A stretch of 63,989 nt of DNA, counting the filler, from Catajapyx aquilonaris (taxonomy: Eukaryota), in NCBI GenBank assembly GCA_000934665.2. It is 2 parts of 2 records of this genome, joined end to end, with 100 filler letters (N's around TTAATTAATTAA, not from the genome) between each part and the next. Parts side by side here need not be neighbours in the genome. Positions count along the whole stretch, not along the records: positions 1 to 31,978 come from JYFJ02004461.1; 1 more part is not named here. One strand, given 5' to 3'. The notes beneath the pieces are model-generated. The model saw only the letters and a program-made list of their open reading frames with translations. It did not search any database and was not told the origin of the DNA. Positions 14,031-26,747 of this stretch are shown in pieces. The number at the start of each line of letters is the position of its first letter. Positions within the stretch are counted from its first letter, which is position 1. Both the position numbers and the translations under genes were made by a program.

Positions 14031-14904
14031 GGGTTATTTCTCAAGAGGCAGTAAAGTAGGTATAGGACCAGTTTTTTGATGCAGACATGAACCTGAGCTG
14101 CATTGCAGAGGAGGCCTGCTCCAACTCCATCCCCCCCACAAGAAGAGAGAGCATCTCTCCTCAGACTTTTCACTTAGCCTATTGTGCATCAGCAGCTTTG
14201 GTGGCGCCAAGCGATGTGATTGGCAGACTTTTTCTTTCCGGGACTGTCGGGCTAGCAAATAGCACCAATTGCACCCCCCCCCCCCATTCTCGAGACAAGC
14301 TGGGGTCATTATTATGACCCCAAAAACTTACTATGAGCCTCAGCTTTAATTCACTACGATCGATCTAGGGCTAGATTTTCTTTTCCTACGAGTCCCTGGT
14401 ATTCCAATATACCAGTTTCGCAATCTGTACGTCCTTTTCAAATACCAGGAACAAATAAACTGCGGACCAGCTAATTTGAAGTCGGTCAAAAGAAATGGTA
14501 ACCTAGGGTTACAACAAGACCGATCAGTCGCAGCTCACCATCTTTTCTGATCCCTACAGCATCCTTTCCAGACAAACACTCAAAACGGTGCAGTCGGAAT
14601 CCTTCAAGGGAGGGGTTTTCCACACTCAAAAGGTCCTTTGTAGTAGAGGCCGACCGAGAGTTCATATTTCACGCCGGTAGCTATACCCCTGCCTGCCTGC
14701 TATTCTATTTGTATCCATTACAAGCAGGCCCACTTTCCCCTGGATTTATCACCAGGCCCAGGCCTCGCATTTATTAACATGGTGGCCGACGGTTTTGTGA
14801 AGCTGCTGAGTGCCTTGAAAGGTTGCTGGGGTGGGTACTTATAGGCCGGTCTACGCACTTGAGGTAAGGAGCTGACACCTCTCTTCGGCAGGATAGAAGG
14901 TATG

Positions 14905-15572
14905 GTCACTCAAGTGCTTTAGTCACTCCATCGACTGGAGCAGTTAGGCCATGACAGCGCTTCAGTCACTCCAGAGCCTGACCAGATCAGTTAGGTCATG
15001 GCAGTGCCTTAGTCACTCCATAGGACATGGGAGGCCCTTAATCACTTCATAGTCTTGACCAGCTGATCAGCCATGGAAGTGCATGAGTCCCTCCAGAGCC
15101 CTGACTGGATTAGTTAGGACAATGTCTTAGTCACTCTTAGTCTTAGGCAGTCTCTTAGTCACTCCAGAGTCTTGGCCAGATAAGTTAGGTTAAAGAAATG
15201 CCTGATTAACTCCATGGAAGTGCCTTAGTGACTCCAAAGCCCTGACTGGATCAGTTAGGCCATGACAGTGCCTTGTCACTCCATGACAGTGCCTTAGTCA
15301 CTCCATGACAGTGCCTTAGTCACTCCATGGGACACGGGAGAGTGTCTTAGTCACTTCCTAGCCCTGACTGGATCAGTTAGGCCTTGACAGTGCCTTAGTC
15401 ACTCCATGAAAGTGCCTTAGTCACTCCCGAGCCTTGATCAGATCAGTCAGGCCACGAGAGTGCCTTAGTCCCTCCATAGTCTTAATCACTGTCATGGTCT
15501 AACTGATCCAGTATATTCACTACATAGTCTTGACTAGATCAGGTCATGGCAGTGCCTTAATCACTCCATAGT
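14905..15572 (+). repeat. Minisatellite of 22-bp CAGTGCCTTAGTCACTCCATGA units plus CCTGACTGGATCAGTTAGGC modules
   Basis: More than 15 degenerate TTAGTCACTCC units. Confidence 0.85.
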
Positions 15573-16390
15573 CCCTGCTTGGTCTGCCTTATGCTCACCT
15601 CCCCTCACCTGGCTGGAGAAAGAAGCTGGATCCTCACAGTCGCGTCATCACCACAACCCCAAATCTTCCCACTCCTTACAAATTGCTCCAGGCCCTCCTC
15701 CAAAATGAACGTCCCAAGCTTCCCTCACAAGTCCCAAAATTGTATGTGATCTTATTTTGACCCCCCCCCCCCCGCCACCACCACCACCAGAAGTTTAATT
15801 ATCTCCTCCCACATCCTGCTGGAGGTCGAAAGGTAAAAAGGTCGTCTCCCTTGACAACCATCGCAATTTTGCTAGTTCCCTCGCATATTTTGCAATCCTA
15901 CAGGATCTAATTTCAGAAGGAAACATATCAAGACAATCCCTCAGGACTCAAAAAAAGGAGACATGAGATACCTCCCAAAAAAACAAGCTAAGTCTTGTAA
16001 GCCTCGGCAGGTTCCCACCCAATAACGATTTTGCGCAGAATAAAGTGTTGCCTTGGGCCTCCTCCACCCCCTCCCTCTGAATTTGTTACGGACGGAGTAA
16101 CCGCAGCCGTGTCTCTTTTATAGAACGTTACCCGCTATCGCTTTGATCTGCTCCCGACTTTGGAATTATCTGGCACAAAACGCCGGGCCCGCCCTCTTAA
16201 ATCTAGGTGTCGGAACCTTTTTTTAGGGCCTCGTTTGCATTCGGGGGCCGTACACGTGCCCAATGGCCACCACAGCCCTACTCCCTGTGGTGGCCATTAA
16301 TACAGGAGATAATGCGCTCGTTTTAATTTATAAAAATCATTAGGGTAATTAACGAGATTCACTTATGCCGGTGGGGCGAGTCTTTGGGAT

Positions 16391-16790
16391 GTCGTACACT
16401 AGATGGCGCAGTTGGTGGACCTTGGGGAGGCTAGGTGTTGTATCAGTCGTGATGCAGCCTGGAGGAACGCTAGCAGTCGTCAGACAGATTTAGAGGAAGG
16501 CTATGGATTATAGCAGTCATGAGAAAGCCTAGAGAGAGGATAATCAGTCTAAGGCAGCCTAGAGAGAGGCTAGCAGTCGTAAGCAGCCTAGAGAGAGGCT
16601 AGCAGTCGTCAGCCAGCCATAGAGGGAGGCTAGGTGTTTTATCCGACATGAGGCAGCCCTGAGAGAGGCTAATCAGTCGTGATACAGCCTATAGCTATAG
16701 GCTAGATCTAATAAACAGACTGTTGGCAACCGGCGGGTCACAGGATGACCTATAGAGGTCCTAGTAAGTACACATTAAGAACGGCCATTA
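16391..16790 (+). mobile_element. Possible solo LTR-like repeat, related to 27277-27415 and 30545-31225
   Basis: TGT start, TAGATGGCG, internal GCAGCCTAGAGAGAGGCTAGCAGTCGT repeats and AATAAA at about 16710. No TSD found. Confidence 0.35.
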
Positions 16791-17621
16791 CAACCCGCTG
16801 TAAAACAAGATATGTGACCTGTGGTTATGCGGTCGTATATTTTCTTTCCATATCTTCCACCGTGTTTTGTATCAGTCTTCCTCACTCGTTTCCTCATAAA
16901 CCGGCTATAAAAAACGGCTGTTTTATGAAAGCCTCTTAGAACCTCCAAAGAGGCTCGACGGTAACTAATACTGTCCATGATCACGAAATACCCTAAAGTG
17001 GCCTAGGTTCCGTGAGCGAACCAATCGAAACGGAGCAGAAAATTATTGGATTTACCAAATGTCAAAATTACAGGATAAGGCCCGGTTAGGCACTTAGGTC
17101 GTACCTAATGGCATGCCCGGAAACGTAACCAATTGGAAGTTTAGAAGACATTGTATCCAGCGAAGAATTCAGGTCAGTACTTCCGTATAGATGGGTATAC
17201 CCAGGGTCTGTGGTACCCCCAGAGGGCTGGACCCCGAGGCTGCAATTCATGGCGATAATGGCTTAATTAGGCTTACGTGTTACTTCTAAGTGAATTTCCA
17301 CACCGCTCGTAAAACCTTCCGGCATTACCAGTACCCGGAACACAAGATGTGTGTAACGCGATCCGAGAGACTTTGCCCCAGGTCCGTTGTGACGGTCGTC
17401 TCCCACGCACTGTTATCAGTCCACTTTAAAAGCTTTCCGAGTGGTAGCATTCGTCTTTAGTGACACCCCCTAGTGTAGGTATGGTCAGACCGGCTGCAGT
17501 TCATCGATTGTGTTTCCGTGTCTATCAGTACTATCGCGTGACGGCTTATTTACAGGGCTTCTGGGGATGTGGCGTGACGTATCAGATGATATCAAGTGAT
17601 GGCTATCAGGTGGCAAGGTCG

Positions 17622-18673
17622 TACACGGCCACTTTTGCAGATGGAAACTGGCACCATCGTTGGACCGAGCTGACCAGTCGGTGTCACCCCGTTACATTTG
17701 GCGCCCAACGTGGTGTGACTCAGATTGTGACAGGTGTGGCTCAGGTGTGGTACCGCAGTATCAGTGAGGAGGCCCATGACACCTGGCTTTGCACCTGGCA
17801 AGGTGTGGCTCAGGAATGACACCGTGCCAGTGCCTGTGGCAGTATCAGTGGCACATCCCTGGAGGGCCATGACACCTGGTGCCTGGCGCGGTGTCACCTG
17901 TCACACCAGAGCAACACCTCGCCAGGCGGTGTCATGGGCGTCCTGGGGAGGTGCCACTGCTTCTGCCACAGGTAAGGCTGTGCGATATTTCGATATATCG
18001 ACTGTCGATACGATATTTTCCTAATATCGAAGTTGCGATATCCGACGCTTGGCATGTTCGATGTATCGAATATCGCGATTTTTCGATGTCGGTCGGTTTT
18101 CGCTCTTTTTCGATGTCGGTTTTTCGATTTTCGATATATCGACTTCGATTCGATATTTTCGATGTCGGTTCGATTCGGTTTTCGATCTTTTTCGATGTCA
18201 GCTTTCGATGTCGGTTTTTTGATTTTCGATATATCGACTTCGATTCGATCTTTTTCGATGTCGGTTTTCGATGTCGGTTTTTCAATTTTCGATATATCTA
18301 CTTCGATTCGATATTTTTTGATGTCGGTTCGATTCGGTTTTCGATCTTTTTTCGATGTCGGTTTTCGATGTCGGTTTTTCGATTTTCGATATATCGACTT
18401 CGATTCGATATTTTTTAAGTATCGAAAGTAGATATGTAATTTCGGATATCGCACAGCCCTAGCCACAGGCACTGGCACGATGTCACTCCTGAGCCATACC
18501 TTGCCAGGTGTCATGGCCCTCCTGGTGAGGTGCCACTGATACTGCGGTATCACACCTGAGCCACACCTGTCACACCTGAGCCACACCACGCTGGGTGCCA
18601 TTATGACGTGTCTGGCGAGGTCCCACTGTCCTCGCGCGGTACCACCGACACCTTCTGTACCCTGTGGCCATAC
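17622..18673. mobile_element. Foldback/MITE-like element of GTGGC/CACCTG repeats hosting hAT MITE copy 1
   Basis: 17727-17843 (GACAGGTGTGGCTCAGGTGTGGTACCGCAGTATCAGTG...GTGCCAGTGCCTGTGGC) is the inverted complement of about 18462-18600. Ends are approximate. Confidence 0.65.
17973..18461. mobile_element. hAT-type MITE (TCGA/CGAT-rich), copy 1
   Basis: TIRs TAAGGCTGTGCGATA / TATCGCACAGCCCTA and exact 8-bp TSD GCCACAGG at 17965-17972 and 18462-18469. Confidence 0.9.
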
Positions 18674-20689
18674 CCCCAATAAGCCCAGGAATTCGGCCCA
18701 GTTTTACGATCTTCTCGATCCTAATTGATTGATCAGATCCAGTGGCAGTAAGACTCAGATTGTAGTCAGAACCAGTCAATCAGGGCTTACCACGTCATTA
18801 ATTGGATCCTTTTCCCATAGAAAGATCCCCCCAAAGAATCCCATTAAAAGAGTTACAAAGCTGTGGCCAAGCCTGGATCCTTTTGGACCAACCCAAGGAA
18901 TTTGGACTTGAACTTAAAACCCCGGCATTTCACGCTACAAAAAAGGCGCTTCCGGAGAGTAAAGCGCTATAGGTTAAAACGTTACAAAAAAAGTAGCTGG
19001 CAAAAACGAAACAAAAAAACAAGGGTGAGGGAAAGAGGGGAGATGGAGAGAGGGGGATGGAGGAGGGGGGAAATCAATGCTCAGGCCTTGACAAGGGAAT
19101 TCCATTAGTCGAAGGAAAAAAAAAAACTGCTAACTGTGGACTTTGGAAAAGGTTATTCTAAAATTGTCATTTGTATACGGTGGAATATATTAAGAGGAAG
19201 TTTTAGGCCCGAATTTAGGCCTGATATGCCAAGTTTTGCAAATATTGTAGCCTAGAAGTTGTGGGTGTTTGTTGAAAGAACATCTTATGGGAACATTCTA
19301 TGGGAAGTTCATGTAATTAACTCTACATTACTGTGCTTCATCCGTCCTGTATGTAGGACAGTTTCAAAAAAAAGCATGTCTGTTGGAAGAACATCCTATG
19401 GGAATATTCTATGGGATTTCATGTAATTGCACTTCATCCGTCCTGAGGACACTATTATTTTTAACTATTCTAAAAAAGCAGCGATAGCAACTTTTTGTCA
19501 TTCCCATACATAATTCACTTCCGTACTTATCAATTTTTTCGCGCCAAAAAGTTCAGCGACATCCAGCCAGAATAATTCATCGGACATGTCCCTCCTCCGA
19601 ACAATTCATCGGACATGTACCACCGAACATGTCACTCCCCCCGTACAAAATGTCAAGGGACTAACGATATCCAGGCGGATAGTACAAATCCCTCAAGAAT
19701 GACGTTCGTAAGGTTACAGTGCGACGTCTCCGTGGGCAAATTATGCCAAGGCTTAGCCTAAATTGGCCGCGGAGCCAGAATAGTCTAAGAATAGTGCTGG
19801 CTAGATCAATATGACTAAATTCCGGTTCGCCTGTCGTGTTTTGAATGAATTTATTTCATTGGATTTCGTGTAGGGTGCCTATAGGACTCAAAATGGTCGA
19901 GAGAGGGTGACAAGTGTGCTATAAAAGTTGGGCTGAGCTGAGTTGTATGCGTCAGAATTTGGTCATATTTAGGTCAGGTGTTACATATGACGTCATGATG
20001 CCGTACAGGTGTCAAGTTTGCTGATATGTATCAGACTTGCAGGTATAGGTACGTCCGGGTACGTCCGACCAGGTGCAAAGTGTGCAGGGCAAACTAATCG
20101 TCCCGTCTTGCTCGAGTTTTCACCAAGTCCCGGCCGGCGTCCGTCAATGTCAAAGGGCCAAGGGCACATCGTCGCCACGTTCCTCTAGGGGGCCTTAAAG
20201 CCGCGGGTCCCTCTGATTTTCACGGCGCTTCAACTGCACTACTGGGATACCGCCCTTCCCGCCGGCGGCTCACTTGGCAGGTACAGACATGCCCAACAAA
20301 AACATCGCCACGATATGAAATGAGATTCTTGTGTGTGGGAAGACGACCCAGAGACAATGAAAATGGCGGCGGGACGAATTGCTGGCGTTTTCCACTCTGG
20401 CGCCCTCATGAAAAGGAATGGCTTGGCTCGTGATATTTCCTTATCTTGCGATAAATAAGGAGGTGGGGCCATGGCAAGACAAGGGGAACTGTCTGACATG
20501 AAGAACCTGTCCCTGACGCACTCAAAAGAATGAGTCAGCACGTCGTTTTGAGCAGTCAAAATATTGTCAGTACCACCCGAATGAAATGGTGAAAATATTG
20601 CCCATACCATCAAAATGAAATCGTAAAAACATTTCCCATAACATCCAAATGAAATGGTCCAAATATTGGTATCAATGTTATTAACATAT

Positions 20690-21660
20690 TTTAAACTCAA
20701 ACGAATTTCTGCTCCAATGTACAATTTTTTGTGTGAAAATTACTCAAAATATGAACTCAAAAAATTGCTCAAAAAATTCCGCTCTGCCGTGAATGTCAGA
20801 AATTATTTAAAATTTCTGCCCGAAATGTCCAGTTTGTTGCGGGGAAATCACTCAAAAAATTATGATCCACGGTAATCGTCCAATTTGATGGAGAATGTCA
20901 CTTAAAAATTACTCAAGCAATATTTTCTGTCAAAAATGTCCAGTTTTTTTTGGAGCAAATTACTCAAACTCTGAACTAAAAAATTACGGAACTTAAAATA
21001 ATATTCTGCTGCGAATGTTTGTTGAATAAAATCACTCAAAATCTGATCTCAAATATTAGAGCCTACTCAATTTTTTTTGAATTTTTTTAAGTTATACCCC
21101 ATTGGGAGAATCGGCGCTCCATTAGGGGGGTGGAATACCACCATTGGATGGGGCCAAGGATAGGGAAGGAAGGAGGCGGCTGTGGCCTATCCTACTCAAA
21201 ATATGTTCTGTCGAAAACGTAAAAATTTGTTAGGGAAAGTCGGTTCCAAATCACTCAAAAACATATTACGCCGAAAATTTCCAGTTTGTTGGGGGAAACT
21301 CACTCAAATTCTGAACTCAAATGTTACTCAAAAATATTTTATGACAAAAATGTTCAATTTGTTGAGGAACATCAATCAAAAGATGACTAAAACTATTTTC
21401 CGCCTAGGAGAAAAATCACTCAAAATTTGAATTCAAAAAATATTTTCTGCCCAAATATATTGTGCAATTTATTGGGGGAAATTCACTAAAAATATAAACT
21501 CAGAAAATATTTTCTGTGCCAATTTTCTGGGGGGAAATGACTCATAAATTGCTCGCAAAATATTTTCTGTCGAAAGTGTCAAATTTGTTGGAAAAAAAAT
21601 CACTCAAAAATGACTCCGGAAAATATTTTCGGTCGAAAAATTTCAATTTGTTTGGTAACA
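20690..21660 (+). repeat. AT-rich ACTCAAAA / ATTTTCTG degenerate array
   Basis: Recurrent AAAT(T/C)ACTCAAAA...TATTTTCTG...AATTTGTTG units. Related ACTCAA/TTGAGT motifs occur at 23550-24660. Confidence 0.65.
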
Positions 21661-22609
21661 TCGTTCCAAATCTTGTCTAGACCACACATAACATTGCTAT
21701 AACCACATCTTTAAGCAACTGATTGACTCCAATCACATCGCCTGAAACCAGTATCGATACGCATCTACTCCACAACATTCCTACCCATCTAGTTTCGCTC
21801 TCAAAAAAACAACTCATTTTGGGTGTGTCAACACCGCATAAAATTTTATCTCGAAAAAAAAAAAACACCTAAGCTTTCAACGCCATAGTAGATCTTGAAA
21901 CAGTTATAACCCAAAAAGCTGAGTGAATTACAATCAACTAGTTTTGTCCGCAATTATTCTCGACCTTGTCCCGTCCAATGGTGGCCAGAAGGGACAGGTC
22001 CAGTCAAAGGATAATCTGACCATATGCAACTACCATAATTGAATAATGACCACCTATAGCCTCACTCTTCGTTTCAAAAAAAATTGCCCCCACAAGTATT
22101 GGAGTTATGGCTGTAAATCAAGGCTAAACAGAGGAATGCTTGTGGTGCCGTGGTGATAAAACGAACATAAATCTCTGGGGTTATTGGTCTGACGAATCGC
22201 CTTAGTGTTCTCATCGAACACCCATGTGGCCTACATGTCAAGAAACTTGGGCTCTCACCTATACCAAAAGACTTAAAGAAAAATGTGTGGAGAAGCCAAC
22301 AATATATGGAGGGATTCAAAACAATTCACTTTCAGCCATTTTTTTGAGCGATTTTGGGCCTGAGTTTACTATTGGCTCTAACATAACTCAAATTGGTCAG
22401 AAAATTTTGTTTAGTTGTCTGTTTGTTCCTTCAGAATATTGTTAGGATGATATTAATTAATTTTTAGTACACTGCTCACTTCTTGAGACTTTAATGTTAT
22501 TTACTATTTACTTCATATTCGTCTGTTTGTGTATTTTTGCGCATTTTATTTGCGGTATCGAATTTTATAAGTTTATCTTTTTCATTACTATATTAATATG
22601 TTCATTCTA

Positions 22610-23065
22610 CGTCTCTTTGATCAATTTATTAATTTATTTAGTTCGCTTTATTTCATTAATTAATTCATTAATAATCATTTAGTTCATTTTATTTCATTCA
22701 TTCATTCATTCATATTTATTTAGTTCATTTTATTTCATTCACTAATTCATTAATATTTATTTAGCTCATTTTATTTCATTCATTAATTTATTAAGCTATT
22801 ATTTAGCTCATTTTATTTCATTCATTAATTTATTAAGCTATTATTTAGCTCATTTTATTTCATTCATTAATTTATTAAGCTATTAATTTATTTAGCTCAT
22901 TTTATTTCATTCATTAATTTATTAAGCTATTATTTAGCTCATTTTATTTCATTCATTAATTTATTAAGCTATTAATTTATTTAGCTCATTTTATTTCATT
23001 CATTACTTTATCAATTTATTAATCAATATATTTAGTTCATTCTTAGTTCATTCATTAATTCATTT
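22610..23065 (+). repeat. AT-rich ~40-bp satellite (TTATTTAGCTCATTTTATTTCATTCATTAATTTATTAAGCTA)
   Basis: At least six near-perfect units. The repeat resumes at 23358-23405 after the SINE. Confidence 0.9.
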
Positions 23066-23164
23066 TTGGTTACCACGTGATAGAGCTCGTGGCCCTCTTA
23101 TANNNGGGGGGGGGGGAAGGGGAAGTTCCCAAGGGAGTGCACCGTGCGATATCCATTTACCATT

Positions 23165-23357
23165 TCTGACATTCTTTAAACACCAGGCCTTTTCTCCTGG
23201 CCCTGGGCTGAGTAGGGAGTTCAATTATTCTGCCCAGGCATGTCGGGTGAAAAGCGGAAAAAGACCCGGCCAAGAAGAGGTGACCAGGACGGGATTTGAA
23301 CCCCGGCCTCCAGCTTGGATGGCCAGTGGCGTAACCACTAGACCACCATGCCTCCCT
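23165..23357 (-). mobile_element. tRNA-derived SINE, copy 1
   Basis: Minus-strand head GGGAGGCATGGTGGTCTAGTGGTTACGCCACTGGCCATCCAAGCTGGAGGCCGGGGTTCAAATCCCGTCCTGGTCA contains an A box (TGGTCTAGTGG) and a B box (GTTCAAATCC). The ~110-bp body is shared with the copy at 26050-26747. Confidence 0.8.
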
Positions 23358-24664
23358 CATTCATTAATTTATTTTATTTCATTCATTACTTTATCAATTT
23401 ATTAGACTAATCAAAGAAATGAAGACTAATCAACGCTCTAAAAGTACACACATTTTGTGTGAAAATTGAACCTCAAAACGTGTGGTATTGCCCTAACAAG
23501 CGTAGCGCGATAATCTCTGACGAAATCAACAATTAATTTTTCACTCAAAGTACAATACTCAATAAGACCCTCAGAAAATTCAGAACCGACTCGACTCAAT
23601 TTCACATGTAACTAAAAATTGGAGCAACATGATCGGAATTTAACTCAAAAAAAATATTTTACCGCCTCTATAGCTACCCTCCTATTGAGCCTCTCTATGG
23701 CCATTGAAACTGCCCCATGTAAACACAGCTTAATGAGTTGTTTTCGATGTCGCCGTCGCCCTCACACCAAGCAAAGCCCAGAACACTATTGATGATGAAC
23801 CCATCATTGCATCCAACTCAAAAAAAAAAAACTCAAAAAAAAAAATTGGTGTGGGCCCACCCAAATTACAGGGTATTCCCCCTAAGGCGCCTTGGAGTCG
23901 CTGAAAAGAGTTAGGTGTGTGTGAATATTAAGGCGTGAGAAAGGTATTTTTCAAACGGGCCGTACAAAGGGCGGGCGTGTCCTCAAAAACACCTGAGTTT
24001 GAGTTCCACCTTTCGAGTTTGCTCTTTACTGCCCCTCTTCCACCCGAGTTATGGGCCGAGTTATGTACCAATAATTTAGACCCGGCCCAAGAGTGTCCCG
24101 AACCGTTGCCAGAGTTAACGCTTCGTTTGAGTGCCCCCCCCCCCCATCCCACCNCCACCATCCCACCCCTTTTTAAAAAACTCAAAAAAAAAGAACGAGT
24201 TGAAAAAATTTGATCGCAAATTGTCAGTGAATCACTCAAAACCGACTCAAAAATGAAGTGAACGGTGAAATTTTGGCCGAATTATTTTTTGAGTAATTTT
24301 GAACTCAATTTGAGTGCAATAATAATTTGGCGGAATATCGTCACCGAATTGATACTCTAAAATTATGCGAATTGTGAGAATTTGGCCGAATTATTTTGAG
24401 TACAGCAATTTTAAACTCAATTTGAGTACAACTTGAGTTTGAATAGATTGGGGGGATTTTCACCGTTTGCCTCATTTTTGAGTATCGATTCACTCCTAAT
24501 TTTAGCAGTGAATCGATACTCAAAAATGAGGCAAACGGTGAAATTTTGGCTGAATTATTCTGACTGTGAGTAGGCTAATATTTAACTCAATTGGAGTTCA
24601 TTTTGTTCCAATTAACTATTTGAAGTCGCAAATATTTCTCATCAATTTGTAACTCAATTTTAGC

Positions 24665-25030
24665 TAATAAATAAATAAATAAAATAAATAAATGTTATTA
24701 ATTATTTTAATAAATTAAATAAATGCTATTAATTATTTTAATAAATTAAATAAATTTTATTAATTATTTTAATAAATTAAATAAATGTTATTAATTATTT
24801 TAATAAATTAAATTCATACTTGTATTTGAGTTCAATTAAAGTTAAATATTTAATTTAATTTGAAGAATTTATCAATAAATCTATTTCTCGAATTTATTGC
24901 AACTTAATTATTTTACTAAATTAAATTAATATTTGAGTTCAATTTTAGTTAATAATTTAATATAATTTAAAAATTTATCAATAAATTTATTTCTGGAATT
25001 TTATTGCAATTTAATTATTTTAATAAATTG
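24665..25030 (+). repeat. AT-rich 31-bp satellite (AATAAATTAAATAAATGTTATTAATTATTTT)
   Basis: Four near-perfect units at 24686-24812, then degenerate copies. Confidence 0.8.
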
Positions 25031-25109
25031 AAGTAACATTTCAGTTAAATTTTAGTTTTTGACTCTGGAACTCAATTTGAGTTAAAAATCACTTAATCAG
25101 CAATTTAAT

Positions 25110-25325
25110 ATGACTACAGGCGAGTCATGATTCTCGAAAACGGGTCATTGCAGGTAGGTGAGTCAACTGACTCCCGAAACGGGTCATTGCAGGTAGGTGA
25201 GTCAACTGACTCCCGAAACGGGTCATTGCAGGTTGGTGAGTCAACTGACTCCCAAAACGGGTCATTGGATATAGGTTGTCATATGACTGCATTGACTCAT
25301 ATGACTACAGGCGAGTCATATATGA
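25110..25325 (+). repeat. 39-bp minisatellite (CCCGAAACGGGTCATTGCAGGTAGGTGAGTCAACTGACT), about 3.5 copies
   Basis: Bracketed by direct repeats of ATATGACTACAGGCGAGTCAT. Confidence 0.85.
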
Positions 25326-26049
25326 CTCTTGGCAATGAGTCAATTGAGGTATGCGACTCACATGACCCAATAGATCCAGTCTAGTCATTTGACCCCCTTG
25401 TTCTGAATCGTTCGAAATCATTTGAGTTCCAGACTAGGCCCCACCCCTCCTCATTATGAACCAGTCAGGTCATGAACCTACAAAAATCCTCCGCAACCGC
25501 CATCTATCTCCATCCAATCCCCGACTCTAAAAAAAGCGCAAACCCCGCGGATAATCCTTCAGCACTCCCCCCACCCTACCCCATCCCCCCCCCCCCACCC
25601 TCACCATGCATATGGAAATCTGATCTCCATTTGTCAGATATCACCACCCGTAAAAGGATTCCCCTGACGTTTTCCCCCCAAAATTTTTCCCCTCCAACCG
25701 AAAACGTGGGAAGAGAAACATGGAGGACACACAAAAAATTCATTATGAAGAGAGAGAAGTGCATTTCCCCCTCTTCCCCCTCAAATGGAGTCTGCATACA
25801 GCAATTTCCTCCTCTAGTAACCTCCGTTACCAGATCCTTCCAACCCTTCTAGACATCCCCTCACCAGACAGGGTCATTCTGGATGCAATGACCTCGCCAA
25901 ACTGGGGAAGTCAGCACTTTGGCTGGATAAGCTTCTCATACTCTGTAATTATATATCAAAATATTGTATTGATATATAGGTATATCCGCCTAAAAGGGCA
26001 TTGTTTGGATTTAGTGGTGGCAGAGCGTGGTTTCGATCCTTTGCTGATC

Positions 26050-26747
26050 CTCTTAAACACCAGACCTTTTCTCTTGGCCCTGGGCAGAGAAGGGAGTGCA
26101 ATTCTGCCCGGACATGTCGGGTGAAAAGCGGAAAAGGACCTGACTAAGCGAAGGTGACGGGAACGGTATTTGTAGGGCTGTGCGATATTTCGATACATCG
26201 ACTGTCGATACGATATTTTCCTTATATCGAAGTTGCGATATCCGACGCTTGGAATGTGCGATGTATCGAATATCTCGATTTTTCCATACATCGACTGTCG
26301 ATACGATATTTTCCTAATATCGAAGTTGCGATATCCGACGCTTGGCATGTGCGATGTATCTATTATCGCGATTTTTCGATACATCGACTGTCGATACGAT
26401 ATTTTCCTAATATCGAAGTTGCGATATCCGACCCTTGGCATGTGCGATGTATCGAATTTCGCGATTTTTCGATACATCTACCGTCGATACGATATTTTCC
26501 TAATATCGAAGTTGCGATATCCGACGCTTGGCATGTGCGATGTATCGAATACCTTATTGCGATTTTTCGATGTCGGGTTAGATGTCGGTTTTTCGATTTT
26601 CGATATATCGACTTCGATTGGATATTTTTTGAGTACGGTATCGAAAGTCGATATGCAATTTCGGATATCGCACAGCCCTAGGTATTTGAACCCGGGATCT
26701 CTCGCTTGGTTGGCCAGTAGCATAGCCACTAGACCACCATCCCCTCC
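26050..26747 (-). mobile_element. tRNA-derived SINE, copy 2, split by hAT MITE copy 2
   Basis: 26050-26172 plus 26689-26747 align collinearly with 23175-23357. Confidence 0.8.
26173..26680. mobile_element. hAT-type MITE, copy 2
   Basis: TIRs TAGGGCTGTGCGATA / TATCGCACAGCCCTA and exact 8-bp TSD GGTATTTG at 26165-26172 and 26681-26688. Four internal units of about 90 bp. Confidence 0.9.

Noticed and set aside
16262..16298. 14-bp-stem hairpin (also 30313-30342) as a terminator or Helitron end
   Set aside because: No U-tract and no appropriately spaced CTRR 3' end, so the function is unsupported.
17879..18679. Overlapping 117-261-aa ORFs, and the similar set at 25956-26907
   Set aside because: Open frames arise from the repetitive hAT MITE interior and occur on both strands.
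23275..23357. tRNA-Gly(TCC)-like gene
   Set aside because: The acceptor stem does not pair, and the head continues into a body shared with a second diverged copy, so it is a SINE.
25110..25325. CRISPR-like regular repeats (also 26173-26680 and 30545-31225)
   Set aside because: These are head-to-tail units without unique spacers, there are no cas genes, and the context is eukaryotic.
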